The notes below the pieces were generated by a model. It saw only the letters and a program-made list of their open reading frames with translations. It searched no databases and was not told the origin of the DNA. A stretch of DNA of 64,000 bases. Source: Raja brachyura (lineage: Eukaryota). Position numbers and translations under genes: made by a program. This document shows positions 25,100 to 37,290 of the stretch, in pieces; the stretch's first letter is position 1; each line of letters starts with the position of its first letter. Location: NCBI GenBank assembly GCA_963514005.1, contig OY740808.1:14384001-14448000 (forward strand), written 5' to 3'.

Positions 25100-26600
25100 A
25101 TCAAAGAGAACCAGGAAATATCACTGGAAGATAAGATTAAAGGTATTCTCAAAACATTTCATAAGTATATTGATAGTATAGTGAAAGGCTTGGATGCTCC
25201 CCATAGAGTGGATGTGGGGAGGATGTTTCCACTAGTGGGAGAGTCTACGAGTAGACGTCGTAGCCCACAGTATTAAAGGATGTTCCTTTCGGAAGGAGAT
25301 GAGAAATTTATTTAGGAAGGGTGAGGGTGAATCTGTGGAATTCTTTGCCACGGAAGGCTGTGGAGGCCAAGTCACTGGATATTTTTAAGGCAGAGATAGA
25401 TAGATTCTTGATTAGTACTGGTTATGGGGAGATATCAGGAGATTAGGGTAAGGAGAGATAGATCAGCCATGATTAAATGGTAGACTGAATGGGGTGAATG
25501 TCCTAATTCTGCTCCTATCACTTATGATCATATGAGAGTAAGAGGGTGACCAGCAAAAGAGCAGGCCTGTTAGGAACCAAAAGAGGATATGTTGAAGTGC
25601 TAAATTAATATTATTTATATGTATTCAGTAAATATTATAGATGGAAATTTCAATTAGGATTATGACATTCTAGAGGACTATAACTAAAAAGACAGATGTG
25701 CTAGTGGGCATAAAGGTGGATGACTCCCCAAGATGTCTAGAGATTTATCCCAGCATGTTATGGGAGGCAGAGGAGATGATAGCTGGAACCCTAACAAAGA
25801 TATTTAAATCTTAGCTGGTTACAGGTGAGGTACCAGAAGACAGCAAATGTGTGCATTTACACTAAAAAGAAGTTAACTAAGGTGGGGTTAATGGTACTGA
25901 GGTAGCTATATTATTGGTTGCATGCATAAACCATCTACAGCAGGGTTAATCCAGATAATCACTGGCCAGTTAATCGGGGGTAGGGAACTTAGTGGAAAAT
26001 TCTCCGAGTGAGTGTATTAATGTACACTTAGAAAGACAGGGATAGATCAGCGATAGCCAGCATGGATTTGTAGGTGGGAGATCCTTTCTGACTAATTTAG
26101 TTTGTTGAAGAGGTAACTGAATGGGCAGTGGGGTTCATGTTTACTGGAGCCTGAGTAAGTCTTGGACAAGATCCCACATGGAAGGTTAGTCCAAAAGATC
26201 AGATCCCATGTGTTCGAAGGCTAGTTGGTTCCAAAATTGGCGTGGTAATAGATGGTGGAGGGTTGCTTTGCTAATTAGACGTGTGTGACCAGCAATGCAC
26301 CACATGGATCAGTGTTGGGATCCTTGTTATCTATATCAACAACTTATAGTCGGTGTGAATGTTGGGGATGCAATGTATGTAGGCATCTGATAGACATATG
26401 AGAGGCAGAGATTGGGTCGATAGTAAGATATTTTCTCATGGCAGAGGTATTCTAAGAGTAGAGGGCATGGATTTCAAGTGAGGGATAAGGTTGAGTGGGG
26501 ATATGAAGAATTCCATCCCACTGGAACCAGCTGGAAGTGCCTGATCAGGTGGAAGCAGAGACTCAATATTCAAGCATCCAAATAAGCACTTGACTCACCG
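25100..26600 (+). mobile_element. Cluster of degenerate CR1-like fragments
   Basis: CR1 3' end at 25180-25530; RT-region remnants (CAGCATGGATTTGT, GGATCAGTGTTGGGA) at 25700-26345. Confidence 0.75.
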
Positions 26601-28540
26601 GTACAGGGGGCTAAGGATCAAGCGCTGGTAAACAGGGCATGTAAATAGATACTTGATGGATGGCATAAGAGGGGTAAGGGAGGGGTAAAAGGGGGAGAGA
26701 TAATGTGTGTGGGCGATGATGAGAATGCCTAAAGGAGAGAACGAGAAAGGAAACATGTTTAATGACTGTAGCATTGGAGGCCATAGGGGTATAAAGAACA
26801 AGAACAGGAACAGGTCCTTTGCTCCAGTTGTCCATGCTGACATGTCGCTTAACCGAGCTAGTCCCACGTGCTGCACCTGGTCCATATCCTCCAAACTTTC
26901 CCAATTTATGCACCACTCCAAGCGTCATTCAAACATTGCAGTTATGAGTGCTTTTCAACTGCAGTGACGGTGCCAGCAGGCCACAGCGTTGTACGTGGCT
27001 TCAGATGTGAGAACGGGATAAATGACATGCTGATCAGTCTAACAAATTCATGCAAATGAAATACGAGGAGCATTATTTGAAGGGGGACAGAGTCATTGAA
27101 GGCCAGTCGGTGTGGGTGTGTTAGTTCAGGTCAGGTTGTCCCGGAGATTAACCTCAGCTCTCTGTCTGAGAGAGTGGTGGAGACAGATACCTGGCAGGCG
27201 GGTTTCAAACCACTGGATGGGGTGACTGACGTGTCAGTAGTATTCCGTCCTAGTTTGAAATTGCATCTTGAAGGTGATGGAAGGGCTACAAGGCTTCACT
27301 AGATACCCAGACTGCAAACCTGCTCTTGTAGACACTGTTATATCTGTGGTTGCGTTTCTGGTCATTAAAAGCAAAGATCAATGTGGGAAACTTGCTGGTA
27401 ATGCCACTAAATGTGAACAGCAAGTGATTAGAGAGAAGCCTTATCTCAGTGGCTGTTCTCATTTACCTGCCTGTGCCTGAACATTAGGTCTTGCTGCATA
27501 CAGTCGCAGTGTTCTCGTTGCACAAGGAGATGGATATGTGCCTAGTGCAATCGTCAACACCCATCCTCTCTTCTGACATTATGCAGACCAGCTCCTTGTA
27601 TTCAGGGGAAAATAAAGTGCTGGAGAGGCAGTGGTTCCTTGCCCCTGTCATGCCCACTTTCAATATTCCATTTACCCACGCTTGATCCTTCCTTCACTGA
27701 AGTATAGTGCCGATCCACAACGTTGTTGTTCCATGTCCTCCAGAGATGCTGCCTGACCTGCTGAGTGTTTTTTTGTGAACCAATTATCTAGTTTTTTGTG
27801 TCCTCCGCATCAGCTCAAACTCCCTCAGACATTCGGCTTCCCCACCTCACCCTCACGTGACAAAGCAAGGTCTATGCCCATTGACAATGGGGTCAAGTGG
27901 AGACCAACCTCTGCTGCACGGGGCCAGCATACACACACACTCACATGCAAACATTAACCCCACTCCCCACACCTTCTCAACTCTTCCACTTTCCCTGACT
28001 TTCCCCAAATCTCCCTCCCTTCCTCCTCATTCAACTGCCTCCATACATTACCCTCCCCCTCCTCATCCCACACTGGCAGCCAATTGCTCCCTCGTGGGAC
28101 CCCACCTTGACTGCTGCTACTAATCCCTCCAGTGGTGCTCTACTTTCAGTTTCCCTAAACTTCCTGCACTCGTGCCCTGGGGTGGGTCCCCAGCAACCTC
28201 AGGACAATCACCTCACTACCACCCCGTGCTGTTGGCATCTGGTGGAGCTCGGTGCTCTGAAGGGCTGGGTGGGTCCCAGTACATGATTTTTCAAATGGGC
28301 CAGATTGATGGATCATTCATATTCTCATCCTCTGGTTTACTCTTGCACCTGCTATCAAATGCCTCCCCATTCGCCCTTGACCCTTGTTCATGCCCTTATC
28401 CCACCCACATCATTTCAATGTCCCTCCCTCTCAAGCTCCTCACACCCCTCCCTCTTTCATTTAACTTACATTTTCAAAAGGTGCTCACTATGTCCATCAC
28501 ATATAGCCTCCTCCCACTTACATTCATCTCTGACACATCT

Positions 28541-28752
28541 GGGCAGCACAGTGGCACAGCAGTAGATTTTCTGCCTGACAGCACCAGCGGCCTGGGTTCG
28601 ATCCTGACTACGGGTGCTGTCTTTACAAAGTTTGTACGTTCGACCCATGACTGCATGGGTTTTATTGTATAGGATAATGCTAGTGTATGAGGATCGCAGG
28701 TCAGCATGGACTTGGTGGGCCGAAGGGCCTGTTTCCTTCCCGTATCTAATAC
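28541..28752 (+). mobile_element. tRNA-derived HE1-like SINE; related copies at about 3753-3900(-), 9380-9575(-), 19990-20080(+), 32145-32420(-), 34255-34510(-), 44725-45070(+), 45425-45735(+)
   Basis: A-box-like GTGGCACAGCAGTAG, B-box GGTTCGATCC and CR1-like 3' tail GGGCCGAAGGGCCTGTTTCC. Confidence 0.85.
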
Positions 28753-31703
28753 TAAAACCTCTCCCTACTCTTGCACACCCGCAACTCTCCTGTGCTTGGC
28801 AGTCCTTGCCATCATTCTCCATCCTCTCAAGCCCTTGCAGTATCTTACCCACTCCCCTTCTAGTTCACACAGACCCATTTGTTTCACTCCTTCGCCCACC
28901 TCTACCTCCAGACACACCATCTCGATTCCTCTTACGCCCGCACACCACCCCAGTCCTTCCAGTGCAGCTCTTTCCTTCCAACCGCTCTCATTCCCTTCCA
29001 CCTGTTCACTCATTTTCACCCTTTCATTATATCCTTCTCCCATAGACTCGGCTTTCCACCCAAACCCACCAGATTGCTCACTCCACCCCATGCCCCCTTC
29101 ACGTCCTCTCAGAAAGCACCACAACACAGTTTCTTCAAAAACAAAATTTTCATTACATTGTAATAAAAAAAATTATCAGAATATTCCATGACATATTCCT
29201 GGATAAATTAGGAACATTCTTGAATACTTAAGAGCTCCAATTATGGAGAAGGTGCCAAAGCAGAAAGCCCACAGGTAATACCTGAAATTGATTTTCTAGC
29301 ACATTTAATAACTGTCGGTCAGGACCTGGGTTTCCTCGACATCGTCTCTCAGGGGCTCCATGACACTGACTTTGGGGTTGGGGGGGGGGGGGGGGGGTGA
29401 GTGTGTTGGCGGAGAGATTGTGTATGGGGGAGGGTTGCCCTTGGAGATGAGCTGCTCGTTACCATCCATTATTCCCGGGATTTGGCAGGGTTCACGTACA
29501 CTGAAATCCGGGAAGAGGTCACGGAGCTTGGTTGAGTGGATGTTGATGCATTTTTCCCTTCCCCGTGGAGTGCCTCCAGGAGGCAAAGCGACAGACAGTG
29601 ATGGGAACAGAATGCTTAGTTTATCCAGATTATAGGGCACGGCAAAAGGAGCCCCCAACCTTGATCCTGCTGAATGGAGCTGTCCTGCTTACCTTCCCCT
29701 CCTAACTTCAAACTGTCCTGCTGCCCTCTCTAATTTGAAATGCAATTTCACCCCCCCCTCCCCTCCATTTAATGACCACCATTTTGATAAAGTGATTAAT
29801 CATTAGATGGTATGAGAGGTGGGGCTGGCAAAGGTCTCGGATTGGGAGTGTTCCCACACACATTCTCTTTGTTCCTCAGCATTGGCAGCAACTTCATAAA
29901 ATGTGTTCCCATTTTAAAGCTTAGTTAATCATGCTATTGTGTTATGGAAGTTTTAGTTCATAATAAAGCCACTTACAACTTATGGTGCAAGTTTGAGAAG
30001 CACAACATGGTTATTTACGTCATAAATTGCTGAAATGGGTCTAGGTTTACGATGTGCAATGTTAAGGTCAGAGCCCTGAGACTGTGGTGGAGGGTCGGAT
30101 CAGACCATAATATCCCCAACGAAGAGAGTGGGACGTGAAACAGATTAGGGAAGAGCAGCAATTGGAGAGGGAGGGATAATATTGAGTGGGTCAGTGGGCC
30201 CAGAGCATTGTCCTGATGAAGAGCGGTGATGATGAACCCCTGGATTGAGTTGAGAGATGGTTGGTTCTGTAGCACGGACACAGCACCAGTAAGGGATGCT
30301 GCATCTGAGCTCATAGCCATTCCTTGTGAAGGGAGTTAGAGGGGGATCGGGTACTCAACCACTCCAGGCTGTGAATATTTCACAGTCACCTCGTATATCA
30401 AGTGCCAGACCCTGCCACTGTCATGAGTTGACTCACCACCATTCTGGGTAAGAGGTAGCAGATTTGAGGAGCTCAGTTCCCATCCACTGCCTTTGTGTTT
30501 CTGGGGTAGGGCCACAATTTTGGCACATGCAATCCTGCAGTATAATCTCACCAGACGAGCTTCCTCAGTTAGTTCCACAGCTCCTCGGCATTGTTAAGTC
30601 CATGAAGGATTAAAGGGTAGGCTGGTTTATGGGGGTGCTGAGTGGGGCATTCCATGGGGCTGTATGTGGGAATGGGGTGGGGAGGCGTAGTGTGGTTGTG
30701 ATTGGAGAGGGAGGGGCTGACTGAATGTGAGGGGGGGGGTCAAATGTGAAAAATGGAAAAGCAAAAAATTGGCCTGGGTCAGGCAAATCCCTGATCTCAA
30801 ATCCCTGAGAGTTAACAGCAGGTGATCAGCGATTCCAATACTGGAGGTATTTGCTTAAAGAGGACAGAGAATGCTGCTCGTGCAATTGCCAAGGCTTTGG
30901 TGAGGCTGCAGCTGGAGTATTTTGTTCCGTTTCAGTATCCTTTCCTGAGGAGTGACATTCTTGTGCTGAAAGCAGGGACACACTGATAAACACTCAACTG
31001 ATCCCTGGGATGTGGAGGGTTTATCCCAAGAGCAGGGGTTATATGTTGAGTCACACAAATGAGCAAGTGGTTGTGGAGCTCAGCCCAGTGGAAGCTCCGG
31101 CTCTCCCCCCACTGGACTGTCGACAACAAGGACAGAGTGACGGAACGAGGCCGTTGGACGGGAGGAGAGCTTCAATCAGTTGCCACAGAGTGTTTAGAGT
31201 TTATCGACAGGGTGCTGGGCACTGCGGGGAACGAGGGGAAGGACAGGATAAGGAGTTGATCTATCACCATCCTTCTGAACGGAGACACCCTGCATGCCCT
31301 GCCCTCCCATCTTTAAACCCGGTTGTGTTGCCCTCTCCGCTTGTGGCGCACAATACTTCACACAATAATTCCAACCCCCACCCCTAGAAATTTCTATATT
31401 AAAGTTTGAAACACTAGCAACACGCTGTTTACCATTCACGTGTCCAAACCCAGGTTATGTTTAAAATGCAGCTAAAATATAAAACTGAACCATCACATGA
31501 TTCACTGCTGGATGCTGCTAAACGCTCTTCATGCATTGATTATCAGCACCCAGACATGGCCTGATCCTTCCAGGAATCTCCACAGTGCGGCAGTTGTCAG
31601 GATGAGTTGTGTGTTCCGGAGACAAGTTATAAAGATTCAAGCAAGCTCGCTCTCTCGTCAGAGTCCACAGCCAGAGATCCTTTCCACTAGTTTGTGCCTA
31701 AAC

Positions 31704-31912
31704 TCAAGCCCCAGGAGTGCCAGTGGCGGTTGCACGAGAACTGTCCGCCTCACTGTCTTCCCCGGTCAGTCGCTGAGGGTTCACCATACATCACCGTCAC
31801 CTCGTCCTCCAGCTCACAGGTGGGGTTGGTGAAGGCCGACAACGGCAGCATGATCCGCTGGATCTCTTGTTCGCGCGCTCGCTGCTCCTGTTCCCTCGTT
31901 ATAGCTTGTCCT
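31704..31912 (-). CDS. PIK3IP1: PIK3IP1-like terminal exon (cytoplasmic tail)
   Basis: ttattgcag|AGGACAA; LPLSAFTNPTCE; in-frame TGA at 31750-31752, while the conserved GTPGA-TGA (31704) is in a shifted frame. Confidence 0.88.
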
Positions 31913-33111
31913 CTGCAATAAAATGGTACCAAGTCCCATTAATTTCTCAGCACATCCGTTTACAGAGTACCTTTAATGCAGAGCTTTGTCCAGGCAACAT
32001 TTCACTCCGAGCCGAACTTGAGGGACGGGAGCCAAAGCTTGGAATTGAGTTAGCCAAAGGAAGGCAGATAGTGGATACGTCCAGTAGCTGTGACGTAGCG
32101 ATCCAAGATCTCCGTCTGTTTACTACTGGAGGCATTTTTTGTTTACTTTAGTTTAGGAGAACCAGGCTCTTCGGCCTAGCGAGTCTACACCGACCATGGA
32201 TCCCCGCACACTAATGTTATCCTATACACACTAAGGACAATCTACAATTATACCACGCCAATTAGCCTACAACCTGTATGTTTGGACTGTTGGAGAAAAC
32301 CCATGCAGTCACGTGGAGAACATACAAACTCCATACAGACAGCACCCTTAGTCAGGATCTAACCCAGGTCACTGGTGCTGTAAAACAGCAGCTCTACAGC
32401 TGCACCGCCGTGCCACCCCTAATGTGGAGAGGACAGGGAGAGGTTCCCAGAGCCTGCAGTCCGGAATGGCTGCTCTGGTGGAGATGCATCAGCCCAGCCC
32501 GACTGTTGTCCACCAGATCTGTTCAAGCCGGCGTCCCTTGGGATTTAGGATACAAGGAAGAGACGCTGCCCAGCAGATACCAGCAGCGCAGCAGCAGCAG
32601 CATCAGCATCCCCTTTAACGGCGCAAAGGCAATGAAGGTGGAGTGGGTTGATTGTGGCCAGCCTGGGAGCAGGCCGGGAGTGCGGTGAGGTGGGAACTCC
32701 GCTATGAATGGGAGCAGGAGTAGCACTGGGCAGGGCAGGTGCAAGGGCAGGTCACCTGGAACAAGCCTGCTGCACCGTTCAACACTGTCACAGCTGACCC
32801 TCTGCTTAATGTCACATCCACACTCGACCCAGCCTCTACACCTCCATTACTTCTTCACCAGCACTCTGATACTTGCCAACCAGAAGCCCTGATGGTGGCC
32901 CACTGGAATAAAGCCAAGATGATACTCAGCCGATAGTGGCTGGACACGAGCCGGCGTTCAGGCGGGAGACAGTGGTGAGACATGAACCAACTGTTGGACC
33001 AGGAATCCATGCCTAGACTTCAACAGGAATCAACCCTGGTCTCTCAGCCCAATACTGCACCCCACTACCAGATGACACACCTTCCAGTCACTCCAGGAGG
33101 CTTGTCCTTAC

Positions 33112-33189
33112 CGTTTGTAGATGTAGCCCACTGTGATGCAGAAACCCAAACTATGATGATGATAATCATTCCAATCGCCATAGCCCGAC
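33112..33189 (-). CDS. PIK3IP1: PIK3IP1-like transmembrane exon (78 nt; 79 needed to keep frame)
   Basis: atcctag|GTCGGGCT ... TACAAACG|gtaagg; one extra T at 33148-33150 gives RAMAIGMIIIIIVLGFCITVGYIYKR. Confidence 0.85.
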
Positions 33190-33449
33190 CTAGGATTGAA
33201 AAATAAACCAATGTTGAAAAGAGGAAAAGTTGAAGGGGGGGGGGGGGGGGGGGGGTCACAGCCTGGGGGTTTTCAGAGCCTGGGGGTAAGAGTTTCACAA
33301 TAATGAGCTGGACAGGTTCAATACCTCTGGATGCGATCTTGTGTTGTACAATGCTACTTGGTGACCATACACAGTGTAGAGTCAATACTTGTGAGCAAAC
33401 ATGTAGCTGGGTCTGGGTCAAGCATAAGCTGGCAGATCTCCAATGCTCA

Positions 33450-33830
33450 ACCCTAGGACTCGAGAGACGAAGCTATAGGGAAAAACTGGGCAGTCTAGGA
33501 CTTTATTCCTTGAATCATAAGAGTGTGAGGGGTGATCTTACAGAGGTGTCCAAAATCATGAAGGAATAGAATGCACACATGTTTTCCCAGGATTGGGGAA
33601 TGAAGGTCAAGAGGGCACAGGTTTAAGATGAGAGGGGAAAGCTTGAATAGCGATCCAAGAGGCTACTTCTTCACACAGCTTGTGGTGGGCGTATGGAACA
33701 TGCCGCCAGAGGTAGTAGTTGAGGCAGCTTCAACAAACGTTAAAGACTTATGGACAGGCAGATGGATATGGAATGTTTAGAGGGATACGAATCATACACA
33801 GGCAAATGGGAACTAGCTTAGATGAGCACC
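33450..33830 (+). mobile_element. CR1-like 3' fragment
   Basis: SYREKLGSLGLYSL...RGDLTEV.KIM. Confidence 0.8.
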
Positions 33831-34559
33831 TGATCAGCACGTGTAGGAAAGCTGCAGATGTTGGTTTAAATAGAAGGTAGACAAAAAGCTGGAGTAAATC
33901 AGCAGGACAGACAGCATCTCTGGAGAGATGTTTCGGGTCGAGACCTTCCTCAGAACATTTCTGGGGAAGGTGGAACTTGTACAAGAATGGGTCCAATATA
34001 TTTTCTCTGCTGTTGAGGACATTTTTAACTAAACTAGCAGGAGGAATAGACAATGAATGACTAGAAAAACAGCTCGGGCGAGGTTCAGACAAACATAGAA
34101 GAGAAAGTTGTAAAGTGTAGTACACAGGACATGGGCATGAAACAAGGCACATTAGGACTGGAAGGCAAAATGGAATCTATTTTGTCACAAGCAGCCACAT
34201 TAGCAAGGCAGGTGTACATAAGAGCATTGATAATCGCGTGTCCGATTAATCTATAATCGGCCCACCGAGTCTGTGCCGACCAATAATCATCCCGTATACT
34301 TGTTCTATTCTACACTCTAGGAACAATTTACTGAAGCCAATTATCTACAAACCTGCATGCCTTTGGAATGCGGGAGGAGACGGGAGCACCCGGAGAAAAC
34401 CCACCGCGGTCACAGGGAGAGCATGCAAACTCCATAGAAACAGCACCTGTAGTCAGGATCAAACCCGAGTCTCTGCCGCTGTAAGGCAGCTACCCTACCG
34501 CTGTGTCACCCAACCTGTATTCACGAGGAGACATTGTGGATAGAGATTTCAGTTGGACT

Positions 34560-35185
34560 AATGAAATTCTAGCTATTAAATAAGACCAAGTATTAGATGT
34601 CTTCATAAGCATAAAGTTGGATAAACTCCTGGAGCCTGAAGAGATGAACGCCAGCATGCGAGAGAAGGCAAGGGAGGAGATTGCTGAGGCCGTGACAAGA
34701 TGTTTAAATATCCTCTGGTGACAAGCGAAGCACCAGCTGAACGAAAGCAGCAAATGTGCACCTTTATTCTAGAAGGGCAGCAGGAATAATCCAAGGAGTC
34801 ACAGACTAGTTAGTCTAATGTCAGCAGTGGGGACGATAATGGAGATAATTCTGAGGGGTAAGATTCCACTTGGAAAGCCATGGATTGAGGAAGAATAGTT
34901 TCATGGTAGGTGTGGAAGATCATGTCTGACTAAATGTATTTGAATTTTTTTGAAGCAGTAACTATGTTGATGAGGGCAGTGTGGTTAATGTGGTTTACAT
35001 GGACTATAGTAATACCTATGATGTGGTCCTCAGGAACGTTGCTGCAAAAGGTTGGAGCCTGTGGAATTCAGAGCATGTTGCCAAACGAAATTAAAAAAAC
35101 AAGTGTGGTAATAGGAGGCAGAGGGTGGAGGGTTGTCACTGAAGGGAAGCCTGTGGCCAGTGGTGTCTCTCGGGTCTGTGGTGGT
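34560..35185 (+). mobile_element. Degenerate CR1 RT fragment running into the gap
   Basis: DK.PG.., RLVSL, GGAAGATCATGTCTGACTAA, NFFEAVT, VASGV remnants. Confidence 0.75.
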
Positions 35186-35385
35186 NNNNNNNNNNNNNNN
35201 NNNNNNNNNNNNNNNNNNNNNNNNNNNNNNNNNNNNNNNNNNNNNNNNNNNNNNNNNNNNNNNNNNNNNNNNNNNNNNNNNNNNNNNNNNNNNNNNNNNN
35301 NNNNNNNNNNNNNNNNNNNNNNNNNNNNNNNNNNNNNNNNNNNNNNNNNNNNNNNNNNNNNNNNNNNNNNNNNNNNNNNNNNNNN
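35186..35385. other. Assembly gap (200 N)
   Basis: Run of exactly 200 N; true size unknown; a CR1 fragment on the left is unrelated to the CpG island on the right. Confidence 0.99.
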
Positions 35386-35960
35386 AGGCCCGGGAGGGCG
35401 AGGGCGACGCCGGCCGCCGTGGTCCCCGTTCCCCGGGCGCTGCTGGTGCTGGTGCCGGCGGTCCCCCGTCCCCCGAGAGCCGCCGCTGGGATCCATTGCA
35501 ACTTGTCAACAACCTCGCTCTTGCATCAAAACATCTCTCTCTCCGCCCAATCAGGACACAAAGTACAGCAACCAACCAGCAACCTCCGCCCAGCAGCCAA
35601 TCCAAACCTCTCACCCGGAGATAAACAACCAATCTCGAGTCACAGCAACCAATGGAGCGCCCACGCCGAGCTGATGGACACAAGGTGGGGCGTGCAGTGA
35701 ATAACAAAGGGCTGGGGAACTCCACGGGCCGGGCAGCGTCTGTGGAGGGATAATGGGCCCGCTGAGTCCGCCCAGCACTTTGATTTTTTAATGTCAAGCC
35801 CGGTGACCCGCACCCAGACCCAAATCCAGCCCCAGCCCCCCCCCCCCCCCCCCCCCACACCAAAGATCCTATAGCGGATCTTTGCCCACAACTAATCGGA
35901 GAGAGAGGCACACTTGAACAAGACTTGGTCGGTCCCCAAGAACCGTGGCCCACAGGCCGC
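35386..35960 (-). promoter_or_regulatory. CpG island with four CCAAT boxes and GC boxes; probable promoter and first exon of an unidentified minus-strand gene
   Basis: CCAAT at 35547, 35597, 35629, 35649; CTCCGCCC at 35541 and 35584; ATG at 35496 in strong context (GCAATGG), open into the gap. Confidence 0.7.
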
Positions 35961-36759
35961 TACTACTCCCAGTGTCCAAATTTGCCTATGAATCTACGAA
36001 TGGTTTAGCAGACAAGGAGACCCTCTCAACCGAATGTACCTCTGAGACAGTCATCAGCACCCCTTGAGGCGCAAAGTTTTATGATAAATACTATGCCCGT
36101 TTCCTCTCACCGTGTTAAAACCATGCAACCCCCAAGATTAGGTTTCCATTTTGCAATGTGTTCTCAACACACTCCCCACCATCTAGAATGGTTTCTTATC
36201 CAGGACTCATTTGCAGGTAGTAAATCATTAATATATAAGCAAGTCGATTGGATTCCACGCCCAGTTTCCAGTTATTATTTATACAAACTTCTAATTTGGA
36301 ATTCGCCCTGTAATTCAATGTCAGGCAACCTTTCCAAGTCTTCTTCAGCACACTACACTGTCCCAAAATCCCAGGATAAATTACACTCTGTAAATCGTTC
36401 CTGAGATATAATTATTCTCTAACGTAAACTCCCAATACATTCATTTCCCTAACACCACCCTCCCTCCCAACACCTGTCATTCTAGATATTAACCCCCCAA
36501 AACTGGAGATTTTGATGATATTCGACAAGAACTTGCTGAAGTAGTAATAAGTATCTGTAGATGTCGGTATGACACAAAATGCTGGAGTAACTTATCCTGG
36601 AGAACACGGATAGGTGACATTTCAGGTCAGGACCCTTCTTCAGACCTACTTGCTGGAAGGTAGAATCTTCGTAGGTAAAGAGATGTTTTGAGACTGGTCG
36701 GGGAAAAAGGGGGCATGGACAGCTATAGGCAGCTGGGATCAAGGTGCATATCTGGAGGA

Positions 36760-37290
36760 GTGTAGGGGACCGAGGAGCATACTTAACAAAGAAACCAGGA
36801 GGGTAAAAAGGGGACCACCTCACAGATAAAATTAAGGAGAATCCAAAGAGATTATGTATATTAAGGAAAAGAGGGTACCTAAAGAGAGAATAGGATCTCA
36901 CACAAACCAAAGCAGTCAACTATGTGCAGCCTCAGGTGATGGGCAAGGTCCTCAATGAGTACGCCTTTGCTTTTACTGTGGAGAAAAACATGAAAACTTG
37001 AGAGAGTTAATGTAGATGTCGAGAGGACAGTCCATATTATAACCGAAGAGGTGCTAGACATCCTAAGGCGTATGAAGGTAGATAAACCTTCTGGGTCTGA
37101 TAAGATTTATCCAACCTATTGGAAGCTAGAGAAAAAAATTGCAGGAACCCTCTCTGAGCTATACGAATCATTAGAGGCTGGATGACTGGACTGTGCTTCC
37201 ATTTATGAAGGTCTGCAAGGAAAAACCAGGAAACTATAGACCAGTGAGCTTAAGTTACTGGAGAGGCTTCTGGGGGATAAGATATATGTG
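36760..37290 (+). mobile_element. Degenerate CR1 ORF2 fragment
   Basis: KENPKRL, MGKVLNEY, KEKPGNYRPVSL. Confidence 0.78.

Larger units (their letters stand above)
31704..33189 (-). pseudogene. PIK3IP1: PIK3IP1-like gene, last two exons (33112..33189 and 31704..31912), each apparently frameshifted; pseudogene or assembly error
   Basis: TM exon GRAMAIGMIIIIIV/LGFCITVGYIYKR with AG/GT boundaries. Terminal exon GQAITREQEQRAREQEIQRIMLPLSAFTNPTCELEDE ... GTPGA*, matching the PIK3IP1 motifs GYxYKR, QRIxLPLSAFTNPTCE and terminal GTPGA. No kringle exons found in the sequenced part. Confidence 0.8.

Noticed and set aside
28541-28610. tRNA gene
   Set aside because: A/B boxes are present but continue into a SINE body and CR1-like tail, with multiple diverged copies and no complete cloverleaf.
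31750-31752. TGA read-through or selenocysteine in the PIK3IP1-like tail
   Set aside because: The conserved GTPGA* is in a different frame, so read-through would not reach it; a frameshift explains it.
32424-32936. Short ORFs with a CAG-rich stretch in the PIK3IP1-like intron
   Set aside because: No consistent splice sites or recognisable domain; more likely old repeat debris.
34934-35953. Long ORFs of 246, 307, 142, 163 and 121 aa in the ORF track
   Set aside because: They are open only because they run through the 200-N gap.
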